Shown here piece after piece: positions 1 to 9,431 of a DNA stretch of 64,000 bases. Numbering within the stretch: position 1 is the first letter of the stretch; every line of letters starts with the position of its first letter. A program made the position numbers and the translations under genes. The notes beneath the pieces were generated by a model that ran no database searches, was not told the DNA's origin, and saw only the letters and a list, made by a program, of their open reading frames with translations. Source of the stretch: Dehalococcoidia bacterium (GTDB taxonomy: Bacteria > Chloroflexota > Dehalococcoidia > Lucifugimonadales > VXLM01); NCBI GenBank assembly GCA_963662435.1, contig OY759598.1, forward strand, positions 2,636,507 through 2,700,506, in the 5' to 3' direction.

Positions 1-256
1 CGGAACTCGTCACGAGCAGCCCCGTATCGCGGTCATCGAGAGGAGTGTTGTTGATGATCTCCGGATCTGACCACGTTTCGCCGTCGTCCGAGCTCCGAAT
101 GATCTCGTTGACGCCGTATGGGCACCAGTGCGATTCGCGCCTACCGGAAAACACCGCCAGCAACTCGCCGTCAGCCTTCCGCGCGATCGTCCCCCAGCCG
201 AGGTAATCGTCCGGCTCCTTGCATATGGGCTTGCTCCAGTGGATGGTCGGATTCAC
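1..256 (-). CDS. Asp-box (BNR)/sialidase-fold protein, N-terminal part; runs off the window
   Basis: Not in the ORF track. GTG at 256 preceded by GGGAG; my translation MNPTIHWSKPICKEPDDYLGWGTIARKADGELLAVFSG...IRSSDDGETWSDP...DDRD contains an SxDxGxTW Asp-box. Confidence 0.75.
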   Translation of the reverse strand, partial: MNPTIHWSKPICKEPDDYLGWGTIARKADGELLAVFSGRRESHWCPYGVNEIIRSSDDGETWSDPEIINNTPLDDRDTGLLVTSS

Positions 257-337
257 AGCGGTTTCTCCCCTACGTTTGGTGGAGGCTAAGGATACCCCAT
301 GCGTGGCGCCTTTGCGATACAGTGACGTGTAGCGGGA

Positions 338-2764
338 TCATCGCTCCGTCTCCACGCTAAGGGTCTTGCCGTCGGTGACGAACCCAATTATGCCCCGGTC
401 TTTCGTCATGAGCACCAACGCTTCAGGCGCGTTGCGCTGCAGGACTTGGACAGTCTCGACGTGTGGATGTCCGAACCGGTTGTCGGCCCCTACGGAGATG
501 ACCGCCACCGACGGCTGCACTCGCTCTATGAACTCCGCTGAAGACGAAGACCGGCTCCCGTGGTGGGGTATCTTGACCACCGTGCTGCCTACTTCTACGC
601 CACGCGACAGCATATCCCGTTCGGCCTCGGCGAAAACATCCCCCGTCAGCAGGAAGCTCACGTCTCCATACACGACCCGGAGAACAATTGAAGCGTTGTT
701 TAGGTCAGAGTCGGTACCCGTCAACAGCCTATCAGGAGGATGCAGCACCTCGACATAGGCGCTGTCGCCGAGATCGATCAGTTGGCCTGCGACGGCCTGG
801 GTGACGTGCGCACCTTCGTCCTCAATGGCACGGCTCCAATCGCTATATGCGGGTGTCCCGTAATCCACCTCCCGCTCAACGATGTGCCCGACATCATACC
901 TCCGCAGCACGTCGAGTAGGCCCGTGACATGATCGGCATGACCATGAGTCAACACCACGACATCAAGCGAGCGGTCCCAGAACGGCAGCGCGCTTCCCAG
1001 CAGCCTCGTGGCGTCCTGCGGCCCCGGCCCGCCGTCCACAAGCACCTTGCGTCCTGTCGGCGAGATGATGAGGGCCGCGTCACCATTGCCCACATCCCCG
1101 AACACGACTCTCAGCCGTCCATCCTCGCCGGTCAACGCCGCAGTCCATACGAGCAAAGCGACCAGCACGACAGGAATAGCCAGCCAACTCGGAGTCGACA
1201 TCCCGGGGTTAACCGATGACCGCGCCACGACGCGGGGCCACAGACCGGATAGGAATCCACCACGTCGAGAGACGTACCATGCTGCTCCCGCACCGTAGTA
1301 GCCAATCACCAGCACCGGGGCGATACGTCCCGTCTCGAATGTTGCTGCCGGGAGCTTGGCGGAGAGGTGCACGACCTGCACGATGTATGCCGTCGCACCC
1401 CAGGCAAGCCAGCCGAGTGCCACTCCAAGCGGGTGAAACACGAGACCTGAAATTGCCGCAAGCGTGTGAAATACCAGTGCGAAGGGTAGCAGGGGCAGCG
1501 TGACGAGAGTCGTCGGAAGACCGACCAATGAGATCTGCTGGAAGTAGAACGCCGATAGCGGCAACGTAGCGAGAATGGCCGCCGCACTCGTTCCGATGGC
1601 AATAGCCAGCGCCCGTAGGTGCCACCGTGAAGACACACTCTCCGAATCTGACGCTCCGACGAGGTCTTCCAGCCTTCCGGTAATGGGATCCGACAGGGTG
1701 GCTATCCCGGCCATTGCCGCGAAACTCAGCTGGAACGAAACACTCCAAAGGATGTTTGGGCTGAAAGCAACCATCACCGTCGCGGCCAGGCCGAGAGCAG
1801 GGAGTATGCTCTTCGGGCGACCCAGTGCAAGAGCACCGAGATACACCGTTCCCATGATCGAGGCCCGCACTACCGACGGCGACAGGCCCGCCAACACCGC
1901 GTACGCCCACAGAGCCAGCAATGGAGCGATCAGGTACAGGTGTCTACGTCGACCAAATACCCAAGCACTTACAGGAAGCGCCAGTCCCAACAGGATGCCG
2001 ACGTGCAGACCCGATATTGCGAGCAGGTGCGATGTACCGGTCGTGCGGAAGTCATCCAGTACCCGGTCAGGAATGCCATCGCGCATTCCCAGCAGCAGCG
2101 CCTGCCCAAGCGACGCCTCCGGCTCCGACAGCGACCTGCCAAGAGAACCGTGCAGGCTCCGGCGAATGTCTGCCAGCGTGGTACGGGTCCATTCGCCCTC
2201 TCCTTCTTCCACCAACACTATGCTGGGAAAGGACATCACCGTCCCGATCCCTTGCCGGGCCAGATACGACGGATAGTCGAAGTCGTCCAGTTCGGGAGGA
2301 GGCGTCAGAGCCCCCTCCAGCCGGAGTCGGTCGCCGTACCGTACGTACGGATCGTCACGACCTTCTCCAATTTCAGCGGCCCTGCCCGCCGTTACCAGCG
2401 CCGTACCCTCAACCTCTATCCAGCCGCCATCCGAAAGCACCCGCTCCATGCGGACCGGAAATCGCATCGCGGCGCCGGCTTGACCGGCATCGTCCAGCGC
2501 CAGTCCTTCAACTTGGACTGTGCGTTCACTGTGAAACTTGGCCAAGTCGGACGCCAGATCGACAATCACCGAAGCCCGCAGACAGCCGATCACGACGAAC
2601 AGGGCAAGAATGGCCGGAAACGTTGAACGCCCGATTCGTCCGAAGATCAACGCTGAGAAAAGCGCGCCGGATGCGAAGATCAGGAGAGCGGAGAGTGGCG
2701 GATCGAGCCTGTCTCCAAGGAACACACCGGACAGGAACGCCGCTGCGACCGCGAGGAGCGTCAT
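338..2764 (-). CDS. comEC: DNA internalization competence protein ComEC/Rec2
   Basis: 808 aa; HLLAISGLHV competence-domain motif, many TM segments, C-terminal MBL domain (THGHADH, HHGS). Confidence 0.95.
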   Translation of the reverse strand: MTLLAVAAAFLSGVFLGDRLDPPLSALLIFASGALFSALIFGRIGRSTFPAILALFVVIGCLRASVIVDLASDLAKFHSERTVQVEGLALDDAGQAGAAMRFPVRMERVLSDGGWIEVEGTALVTAGRAAEIGEGRDDPYVRYGDRLRLEGALTPPPELDDFDYPSYLARQGIGTVMSFPSIVLVEEGEGEWTRTTLADIRRSLHGSLGRSLSEPEASLGQALLLGMRDGIPDRVLDDFRTTGTSHLLAISGLHVGILLGLALPVSAWVFGRRRHLYLIAPLLALWAYAVLAGLSPSVVRASIMGTVYLGALALGRPKSILPALGLAATVMVAFSPNILWSVSFQLSFAAMAGIATLSDPITGRLEDLVGASDSESVSSRWHLRALAIAIGTSAAAILATLPLSAFYFQQISLVGLPTTLVTLPLLPFALVFHTLAAISGLVFHPLGVALGWLAWGATAYIVQVVHLSAKLPAATFETGRIAPVLVIGYYGAGAAWYVSRRGGFLSGLWPRVVARSSVNPGMSTPSWLAIPVVLVALLVWTAALTGEDGRLRVVFGDVGNGDAALIISPTGRKVLVDGGPGPQDATRLLGSALPFWDRSLDVVVLTHGHADHVTGLLDVLRRYDVGHIVEREVDYGTPAYSDWSRAIEDEGAHVTQAVAGQLIDLGDSAYVEVLHPPDRLLTGTDSDLNNASIVLRVVYGDVSFLLTGDVFAEAERDMLSRGVEVGSTVVKIPHHGSRSSSSAEFIERVQPSVAVISVGADNRFGHPHVETVQVLQRNAPEALVLMTKDRGIIGFVTDGKTLSVETER

Positions 2765-2786
2765 GCCGTCGAGGGCGTAGCGAGGC

Positions 2787-3044
2787 CTACGCAGGCGCCA
2801 CCGTGCAGACCAGGGCCACCCCGCCGACTAGCCCCACTCCAAGGAGAATAAACCCAACCTTGCGCCGGTGCCGCCATTGGCCCGGACGCACTTTCTTCGA
2901 CCCCAACCAGATTCCCACGAGTATGGCCGCTACCAGCAGCATCCACAGCCACTCGTCGATTCCGCTGTTTCGCCGCTGGTTCCAGACCTGAAAGATCAAC
3001 AGTAACGCGGCGATGAAGATGATGTAGAATCGAAAATTGCTCAC
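2787..3044 (-). CDS. small membrane protein (about 3 TM), unknown function
   Basis: 85 aa with three hydrophobic stretches; co-oriented between comEA and comEC. Confidence 0.6.
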   Translation of the reverse strand: MSNFRFYIIFIAALLLIFQVWNQRRNSGIDEWLWMLLVAAILVGIWLGSKKVRPGQWRHRRKVGFILLGVGLVGGVALVCTVAPA

Positions 3045-3122
3045 GTCTTGCCCGTGTACTCTCCAACGCCGGTTCGTCCGGTGACTGCGCGGATTCTATC
3101 ACGCTGCCCACCTCACACGGGG

Positions 3123-3704
3123 TCACCGTACTTCAACGAGGTCGCGAAGGCCCTCCAGGATGGTAGGCCCGATCCCCGGAACGGCCACAATGTCTTCGAT
3201 ATGCTTAAACGTCCCATGCTCCTCACGGTATTGGACTATTGCCTGCGCCCGTGACTCACCAATGCCGGGCAGTGTCTCCAGCAACTCCGCGTCCGCTGTA
3301 TTGATGTCCACCTTGCCGACCGCCTCACCAACTAAGACGCTGTCAGACGGGACGACCGTGGGCTCACCAACCCTGGGAACAGTCCAGTGGTCTTGGTCCT
3401 TCACCCTGACGGCCAGGTTGACGGCCTGCATATCGGCGTCCTCGGTGATCCCTCCCGCAAGGTCAATCAAGTCGGCGAGCCGGTCTCCGTCCTTGATCGC
3501 ATACATGCCCGGACGCCTCACAGCCCCCGTCACATACGCCTTAAACTCCGTCTCCACCTGGCTGGTCTCCACTGACGAAATGGTTGGCGGAGGGATAATC
3601 CGCACCGGCTCCCCTGAATCACCATCACGGAGGAACAGCACCACGCCCCCGGCAGCGGCGGCTATCGCGGCAACTACTATGATGACATTCACAAAACGGG
3701 ACAT
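3123..3704 (-). CDS. comEA: competence DNA receptor ComEA
   Basis: N-terminal TM, SLBB-like VTGAVRRPG, HhH motifs (INTADAELLETLPGIG, VPGIGP). Confidence 0.93.
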   Translation of the reverse strand: MSRFVNVIIVVAAIAAAAGGVVLFLRDGDSGEPVRIIPPPTISSVETSQVETEFKAYVTGAVRRPGMYAIKDGDRLADLIDLAGGITEDADMQAVNLAVRVKDQDHWTVPRVGEPTVVPSDSVLVGEAVGKVDINTADAELLETLPGIGESRAQAIVQYREEHGTFKHIEDIVAVPGIGPTILEGLRDLVEVR

Positions 3705-3903
3705 GCAGACATCCTCAACCGGATGTCTTCACAGAATATGCACGAAATGGGGGCGCGTCAAGCGGTTCGCATCACTCAGAGTCGTACGGTAGCATGACGC
3801 CGAGATGTTTCGCCTTCACCTGGTGGTCGATTCGGATGCAACAGGGATAGAGATATAGCGGCGTCCTTAAACACCACTATACCCCCACCCTGGGCTTCGC
3901 AGG

Positions 3904-4098
3904 CTACCTACGGCGGATCAGCAATGGTTTCACCCTATGCGCAAAATACGCGATGGAGCTCAGACCGAACACCCACAGCACGTAGTCACCGTGTCCGATC
4001 CAAACATCTGGGAAAGCGACTCCCCAGAACAGTACCCATATTAGAACCGCTGCGAGTCCAGTCATGAAGGACTCGTATGCTAATCTCTTAATCTTCAT
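3904..4098 (-). CDS. small 2-TM membrane protein
   Basis: 64 aa hydrophobic ORF with GAGGAG RBS. Confidence 0.55.
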   Translation of the reverse strand: MKIKRLAYESFMTGLAAVLIWVLFWGVAFPDVWIGHGDYVLWVFGLSSIAYFAHRVKPLLIRRR

Positions 4099-4194
4099 AA
4101 CGTCTCCTCACTCGCACCTGTTGATCGGTGCTGAGAATTTTCAACTAACGACACACGATTGATGCGCCGGTATCCGCTGAAAGAGGTGTGACGT

Positions 4195-4710
4195 CTACTC
4201 CAACTGTGGGGAATCGCCGGGAAGGTAACGTGTACTGTGGTTCGCCACCCGCTCCGGGAATGCGAACCAGCGATTGGTCAGATTCGGTGTATGCAGCGCC
4301 CTAGTGTCGCCAACTATCAGCGACATCCAGAACCTCGCCGACTCCAAAATCTTGGTGTAGAGTTTGCTTGTCAGATACGATGGCTGTATGCCATGCAGGT
4401 CTCGGCAGGAAATCAAGCTAAGGTATAGGACAAAGCCAACCACCAGCATCAGTTGGACTTGTGCCAATATGAATGGAGGAGTCGCTACACTCACGACTTC
4501 AAGCGCGAGCTCTATACCTGAACCCCCTACAAAGTGCCTGACAATGCCCAATAGGACGGCAGCTATGAGAATTGCCGCCACCCAAGCTTTTGGAAATTCA
4601 ATAGAAAGAAACTTTAGTGTTTCTTTTAGGACTAGGCGATCTTGGCTGGGGACTACGTGAAGCATAGCCCTCATTCTACCAGAATCACTTATCGACCTAT
4701 TTCTGAGCAT
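4195..4710 (-). CDS. hypothetical membrane protein (start uncertain)
   Basis: 171 aa ORF with 2-3 hydrophobic segments in a visibly lower-GC stretch. Confidence 0.45.
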   Translation of the reverse strand: MLRNRSISDSGRMRAMLHVVPSQDRLVLKETLKFLSIEFPKAWVAAILIAAVLLGIVRHFVGGSGIELALEVVSVATPPFILAQVQLMLVVGFVLYLSLISCRDLHGIQPSYLTSKLYTKILESARFWMSLIVGDTRALHTPNLTNRWFAFPERVANHSTRYLPGDSPQLE

Positions 4711-4770
4711 CTACTAAATTTTGCCAGTCTTTCGAGTCTCAACGCAGACGTCGACTCCCTCCTTCAAACC

Positions 4771-5505
4771 CTATCCGCCCCTCTCGTACACCGACACATG
4801 CGAGCGGCTCTGCGACGTGAACGGTGAGCGGCGCCAGTCGGCCCAGCGTTCGCGGAGGCGGAGTCCGGCCAGGCGCGCCATCAGGTCTAGCTCCGGCGGC
4901 CATGCATATCGCAGCCTGCCGGGGTACATTCGGATACCCTCTTCGGTCAGGCTTATGTGACGAAAGTCCACCACCTGGTTCATGGAGTCATGGACCGATA
5001 CGTCCAGCCGAACTGAGGCCAAGTCAGCAAGGTCACCGCTTACGCGCTGGCCCCTATCGAACATCGTTACGTCGGGGACGAATGCGTGGACGAGGAAGAC
5101 GCCATGTTCGTCCAGGTGAGATGCTACATTCACGAAACACCTAATCTGGTCCTCTTGGTCGGTGAGCATGAAGAAGGTGTTGGAGATGACGAATATGAGC
5201 GAGAAGGTGCCCTCTACTTCGACGTCGGCAAAGTCACCGATGATGACAGGCAGTGACTTCCCTTCTTCCTTTACGCGAATTTGATTCACCATTGCCTCGG
5301 AGATTTCTATCCCGTGTACTTCCACACCGCGAGCCTCGAGGGGGAGGGCGAACGTGCCCGTTCCGATTCCCAACTCCAAGGCACGTCCTACGCCGGCCAG
5401 CTCTTCGAGGATGTCGACGCGTGCCGGCACATTTGCCGGTCTATAGAACTCGTCGTACACGCCTGCGATCCGTTCCCCATATGTTGAAGCTGTGTACTCG
5501 CCCAA
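4771..5505 (-). CDS. class I SAM-dependent methyltransferase
   Basis: LELGIGTG motif I, GIEIS, GDF motifs; GAGGTG RBS before the TTG start. Confidence 0.9.
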   Translation of the reverse strand: MGEYTASTYGERIAGVYDEFYRPANVPARVDILEELAGVGRALELGIGTGTFALPLEARGVEVHGIEISEAMVNQIRVKEEGKSLPVIIGDFADVEVEGTFSLIFVISNTFFMLTDQEDQIRCFVNVASHLDEHGVFLVHAFVPDVTMFDRGQRVSGDLADLASVRLDVSVHDSMNQVVDFRHISLTEEGIRMYPGRLRYAWPPELDLMARLAGLRLRERWADWRRSPFTSQSRSHVSVYERGG

Positions 5506-5536
5506 TTCTCACCTCGCTTGCTCTTGATAGCGGAAT

Positions 5537-5568
5537 AAAGAAAAGGCCTCCCGGTGAGGGGAGGCCTT
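5537..5568 (-). terminator. intrinsic terminator about 30 nt upstream of the methyltransferase start
   Basis: 10-bp stem AAGGCCTCCC/GGGAGGCCTT followed by a T-rich tail on the minus strand. Confidence 0.7.
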
Positions 5569-5766
5569 GTTGACTTAGGTTACAAAAACTAGGTCGCTAG
5601 GTTCTCCCCAACGTGAAATTCCGCGGCGCTGGCGCCGCGGACGGGTTGCTAATGTTGGCCGGGAAGCAGCTAGTCATCGGTGTCAATTCCAAGAACTCCA
5701 GTTAAGGAAGCAAGCTAACACAGCCATTCAGTCTCGAACAATTTCGAAGTGAAGATCGAAGGCTGC

Positions 5767-6135
5767 CTAGACAGCCAAGGGGACAGTCCTAGAGCCCAAC
5801 ATGACATGGTCACGCGTGAGCAATGGAATGCTGTGTACTACACTAGTGGCGGCGATGATTTTGTCGGCCGGATCGCTACTGAAATCCAGATGGGTGGAAG
5901 CGGATGCAACAGCGAGGTCTATGGGCCACACATGAAGCCGTCTGAGCGTTCGCACTAGCACTCGATCCTCGAGGTCCATCTCCACACGACCGAGTTGAAC
6001 GAGCTTGGCAAGCTCCCACAACACGATTGCAGAAATCGACCATCTATTTCTCGCCAACAGGACCTGCTCAGCAGGTCTAAGGTCGCCTCCGAGCGCGAAT
6101 ATGAGAATGTGAGTGTCAAGATTGAGCATTGGCAT
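5767..6135 (-). CDS. vapC: PIN-domain toxin (VapC family)
   Basis: LNLDTH, SAIVLWE, DPADKII, LLTRD PIN motifs; overlaps the antitoxin end. Confidence 0.9.
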   Translation of the reverse strand: MPMLNLDTHILIFALGGDLRPAEQVLLARNRWSISAIVLWELAKLVQLGRVEMDLEDRVLVRTLRRLHVWPIDLAVASASTHLDFSSDPADKIIAATSVVHSIPLLTRDHVMLGSRTVPLAV

Positions 6136-6340
6136 CCCATTCAAGGCCAGTAGAGAAGAGGTCGCCCCTAACTTTGATCTTATGCCGCAGGCTGCCTATT
6201 AGTTCTCCATCCTCACTGCGGTACGGGATCAGACGAGCCACGGGCTTGCCGTGCTTAGTTACGACCAGTCCTTCGGCATCCAACTGATCCAGCAACGCCA
6301 AGCACTGTTCCTTGAATTTCGCAGCTCCGATTTCCTTCAT
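6116..6340 (-). CDS. Phd/YefM family antitoxin
   Basis: MKEIGAAKFKEQCLALLD...VVTKHGKPVARL. Confidence 0.9.
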   Translation of the reverse strand: MKEIGAAKFKEQCLALLDQLDAEGLVVTKHGKPVARLIPYRSEDGELIGSLRHKIKVRGDLFSTGLEWDANAQS

Positions 6341-6356
6341 GGATACCCCCAAAAGG

Positions 6357-6392
6357 TAGACATATTATATGACTGGTCCCCTATTATGTCTA
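6357..6392 (-). promoter_or_regulatory. sigma70-type promoter with inverted-repeat operator for the Phd-PIN operon
   Basis: Minus strand TAGACA(6392-6387)-17 nt-TATAAT(6369-6364); inverted repeat TAGACATA (6357)/TATGTCTA (6385). Confidence 0.65.
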
Positions 6393-6581
6393 TCATCTAG
6401 TCCTAACGTGACAAGCCCATACATCCGTAGCCATCCCTCATTGGCAACAAACTGCTATGATTGCCTTAGCATTGGGGTTGCATCTGTGCCTGTCTCTGAC
6501 CGACAACCTTGGAGCAACCTTCCATTCAATCATCCACGTAGTGACACCTAGGAACTACGCTCTTCTCTCCAGAGGAACTCC

Positions 6582-6896
6582 ATGCCCGAAGACAACACCA
6601 TCAGCACCGTCGCGCTGAACGACGGCGCGGTCACCATCAAGTGGACGGACGGCGAGGTCAACACTCTGACCGCAAAGTACCTGCGCGTAAACTGCGCGTG
6701 TGCGGAGTGCGTGGAGGAGTGGACGAACCGGAAGCTGCTTGATCCCGCAACGGTGCCCGCGAACATCCAGGCCGAGGACTACCTCATGGTAGGCAAGTAT
6801 GCGGTGCAGTTCCTCTGGAGCGACGGCCACTACACAGGCATCTACCCGTTCGACATGCTCCGGTCCCTGGTGGACCGCCAGTCGCAGTCAGGCTAG
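6582..6896 (+). CDS. DUF971 / gamma-butyrobetaine hydroxylase-like N-terminal domain protein
   Basis: LRVNCACAEC, VGKYAVQFLWSDGHYTGIY. Confidence 0.88.
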   Translation: MPEDNTISTVALNDGAVTIKWTDGEVNTLTAKYLRVNCACAECVEEWTNRKLLDPATVPANIQAEDYLMVGKYAVQFLWSDGHYTGIYPFDMLRSLVDRQSQSG

Positions 6897-7691
6897 TCGC
6901 CCAGCGTCTTCCATCTCGCGACGAACAGCTGCGGCGAAGCGGTCCAGCCGCTCGTCCGGTATCCCATCGGTATGCAGCGGCGACATCGAGGATATGGAGA
7001 CACGGTTATTCCGCACTGCCCACACATCCGTACCCACCTCGATGTCGGGCTGAACGTTAGAGCGATTATGCTTGATCCAGTAGTGCTCACGTCGCCCTGC
7101 AATCTCACGCTCGACATTCTCGAGGAACGCCCTGGTGCCAGGAACGGTGATTTCCACTCCCTCTACATCTGAGGGGTCGGCGTCAGGCATGTTCACGTTC
7201 AGCAATAGCGGTCCCGTAACCGGTGATTCATACAGGTCGCGCGCTATCGCGACAGCGCCCACACACGCTGACGTATAACGGATCTCCCCCTCCGGATCGT
7301 AGTAGGACGACACCGCCACCGACGGAACCCCTCGCAGGTATCCATGCACGGCAGCACCTACGGTGCCGGACAGTAGAACGTCGGCCCCCATATTGGCACC
7401 CTGGTTGATGCCGGAGAAGATTACGTCGAATGGCTCGTCGAAGAGTGCCCCGTGAGCGAGAATCACACAGTCGCCCGGCGTTCCCTGTACGGCGTATGCC
7501 TCGACACCCTCAACCGGGGAACCGGCGCGGTCTGCCCGCACGACATCCAGCAGCGTCATGGCCGCCGAAATGCCGCTCCTGTCCCGGTCGGGAGCGACCA
7601 CGTACACCTCACCAACACTTGTAAGTGCCCCGGCGAGTGCCCACAGCCCCTCGGAGTTCGTTCCATCGTCGTTGGTTACAAGAATTCTCAT
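6888..7691 (-). CDS. surE: 5'/3'-nucleotidase SurE
   Basis: MRILVTNDDG, GTPGDC, SGINQGANMG, SGTVGAA. Confidence 0.93.
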   Translation of the reverse strand: MRILVTNDDGTNSEGLWALAGALTSVGEVYVVAPDRDRSGISAAMTLLDVVRADRAGSPVEGVEAYAVQGTPGDCVILAHGALFDEPFDVIFSGINQGANMGADVLLSGTVGAAVHGYLRGVPSVAVSSYYDPEGEIRYTSACVGAVAIARDLYESPVTGPLLLNVNMPDADPSDVEGVEITVPGTRAFLENVEREIAGRREHYWIKHNRSNVQPDIEVGTDVWAVRNNRVSISSMSPLHTDGIPDERLDRFAAAVRREMEDAGRLA

Positions 7692-7757
7692 TGTTCGTAT
7701 TGCGCTCGATATCCCGTATGCCCTTGACCTGTCGAATCGCGGCAACGAGGGTGATAG

Positions 7758-8591
7758 TCAACCGCTTGAGTTTATCAGAATGTTGTCTATCAGCCGTGTT
7801 TCACCGAAACGAACCGCAACGGACACCAATGCCGGCCGGTCGATAGTCACGAGTTCCTCCAGCGTCTCAGCATCGGCGACGCTCACGTAATCGACATTGG
7901 CAAGAGGCTCGCCATCAATGAGAGCGCGCATCCGACCACGCACCTCGTTGGCGTCCGGCAATTGGAGGTCCTCGGCCAGCTTTAGCGAACCGTGCAGCAC
8001 CGTCGCCGCCTTTCGCTCAGCCGGACTCAGATACTGATTGCGGCTGCTCAGGGCGAGGCCGTCCGACTCACGCACGGTTGGACAAACGACGATCTCGGCA
8101 CCAAGGTTTAGATCCGCGTTGAGGCGCTTGATCACGAGGCTCTGCTGCGCGTCCTTCTGCCCTAAGTAGGCCCGGTCCGGCCTCGCAATGGTCAAGAGCT
8201 TGCATACCACGGTCGCCACGCCCTGAAAGTGCCCCGACCGATGTTGCCCTTCTAAGGGTACTGCCACGCTGCCCACGTCGATGGACGTATCGAACCCGTC
8301 GGGGTACATCTCATCAACACTGGGAATGAACAGCAGGTCGACGCCCGCTTCTACCATGACTTCGAGGTCGCGTTCCCGATCGCGGGGGTACTTGGAAAAG
8401 TCCTCAGCAGGTCCGAACTGCGTCGGGTTGACGAAGATACTCACCGCCACGGTCGAGTCATCCGACCGGGCCCGGTCGAGCAGCGAACGATGACCTGCAT
8501 GCAGGGCGCCCATCGTCGGGACGAGTCCCAAGGGCCGCTCAACCTTTCCCGCAGCCTCGCGAAACCCATCGACCGTATTGAATATCCTCAT
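7758..8591 (-). CDS. panC: pantoate--beta-alanine ligase
   Basis: VPTMGALHAGH, SIFVNPTQF, GQKDAQQ, GLALSSRN, RLIDN. Confidence 0.97.
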   Translation of the reverse strand: MRIFNTVDGFREAAGKVERPLGLVPTMGALHAGHRSLLDRARSDDSTVAVSIFVNPTQFGPAEDFSKYPRDRERDLEVMVEAGVDLLFIPSVDEMYPDGFDTSIDVGSVAVPLEGQHRSGHFQGVATVVCKLLTIARPDRAYLGQKDAQQSLVIKRLNADLNLGAEIVVCPTVRESDGLALSSRNQYLSPAERKAATVLHGSLKLAEDLQLPDANEVRGRMRALIDGEPLANVDYVSVADAETLEELVTIDRPALVSVAVRFGETRLIDNILINSSG

Positions 8592-8615
8592 ACGTCTCTC
8601 AATGGCCCCGTTTGC

Positions 8616-9419
8616 TTACACGACCGACGTAAAGCTCTCTTCGTCGCTGGGGAAGCCGCCGGACTGTACGTCCGCAACGTATCGGCGGGTCGCATCGATG
8701 ATCGTGTCACCCACGTCCGCATACTTCCGTACATGCTTCCTCTTTCGACCCGCGGTAATGCCGAACACGTCGTGGAAGATGAGCACCTGCCCGTCGCAGT
8801 GGACGCCCGCGCCGATCCCGATGGTCGGCACAGCGACCCTCTCGGTGACCGCCTGCGCCAGCTCCGCGGGAATCGTTTCGAGCAAGAGCGAGTACACTCC
8901 CGCTTCCTCAAGAGCGATGGCGTCCTCGATGACGCTCTGCGCACCCTCCTCATCCCGTCCCTGCACGCGATGGCCGCTAGTCTGGTTGACGGACTGCGGC
9001 ATTAAGCCGATGTGTCCCATCACCGGGATACCCGCCTCGACCATTCGACGGATTGTTGGAACGAGCCCCCGTCCGCCCTCGATCTTTACCGACTGCGCCC
9101 CCGCCTTGAGGAGCCGTCCCGCATTGCGAACCGCCTCTGCGATATCGGCCTGGTAGCTCATGAAGGGCATGTCGCAGACGATATGGGCCTTCCTGGCTCC
9201 TCGGAGAACGGCCCGAAGGTGATGCACCATGTGGTCCATCGTGACCGGCACGGTGTTTCGATAGCCCAGAACGTTGTTGCCCACCGAATCGCCCACGAGG
9301 ATGATCGGGACGCCTCCCTCGTCGACCATTCGCGCCGTCGGATGGTCGTAGGCCGTGAGCATCGCGATCTTCTCGCCGCGTTCCTTCATCTCCTGCAGGT
9401 TCCTGATGGTGATGCGCAT
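8616..9419 (-). CDS. panB: 3-methyl-2-oxobutanoate hydroxymethyltransferase
   Basis: MLTAYD, LVGDS, DMPFMSY, KIEGG, GHIGLMPQ, GIGAG. Confidence 0.97.
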   Translation of the reverse strand: MRITIRNLQEMKERGEKIAMLTAYDHPTARMVDEGGVPIILVGDSVGNNVLGYRNTVPVTMDHMVHHLRAVLRGARKAHIVCDMPFMSYQADIAEAVRNAGRLLKAGAQSVKIEGGRGLVPTIRRMVEAGIPVMGHIGLMPQSVNQTSGHRVQGRDEEGAQSVIEDAIALEEAGVYSLLLETIPAELAQAVTERVAVPTIGIGAGVHCDGQVLIFHDVFGITAGRKRKHVRKYADVGDTIIDATRRYVADVQSGGFPSDEESFTSVV

Positions 9420-9431
9420 GGTCGGATACCC

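Noticed and set aside
1209..2991. Long alternative-frame and antisense ORFs (e.g. 1921-2991, 9012-9908, 40397-41389, 43207-44163, 55139-56068, 61543-62397)
   Set aside because: They overlap well-supported genes and are expected shadow ORFs in GC-rich DNA.
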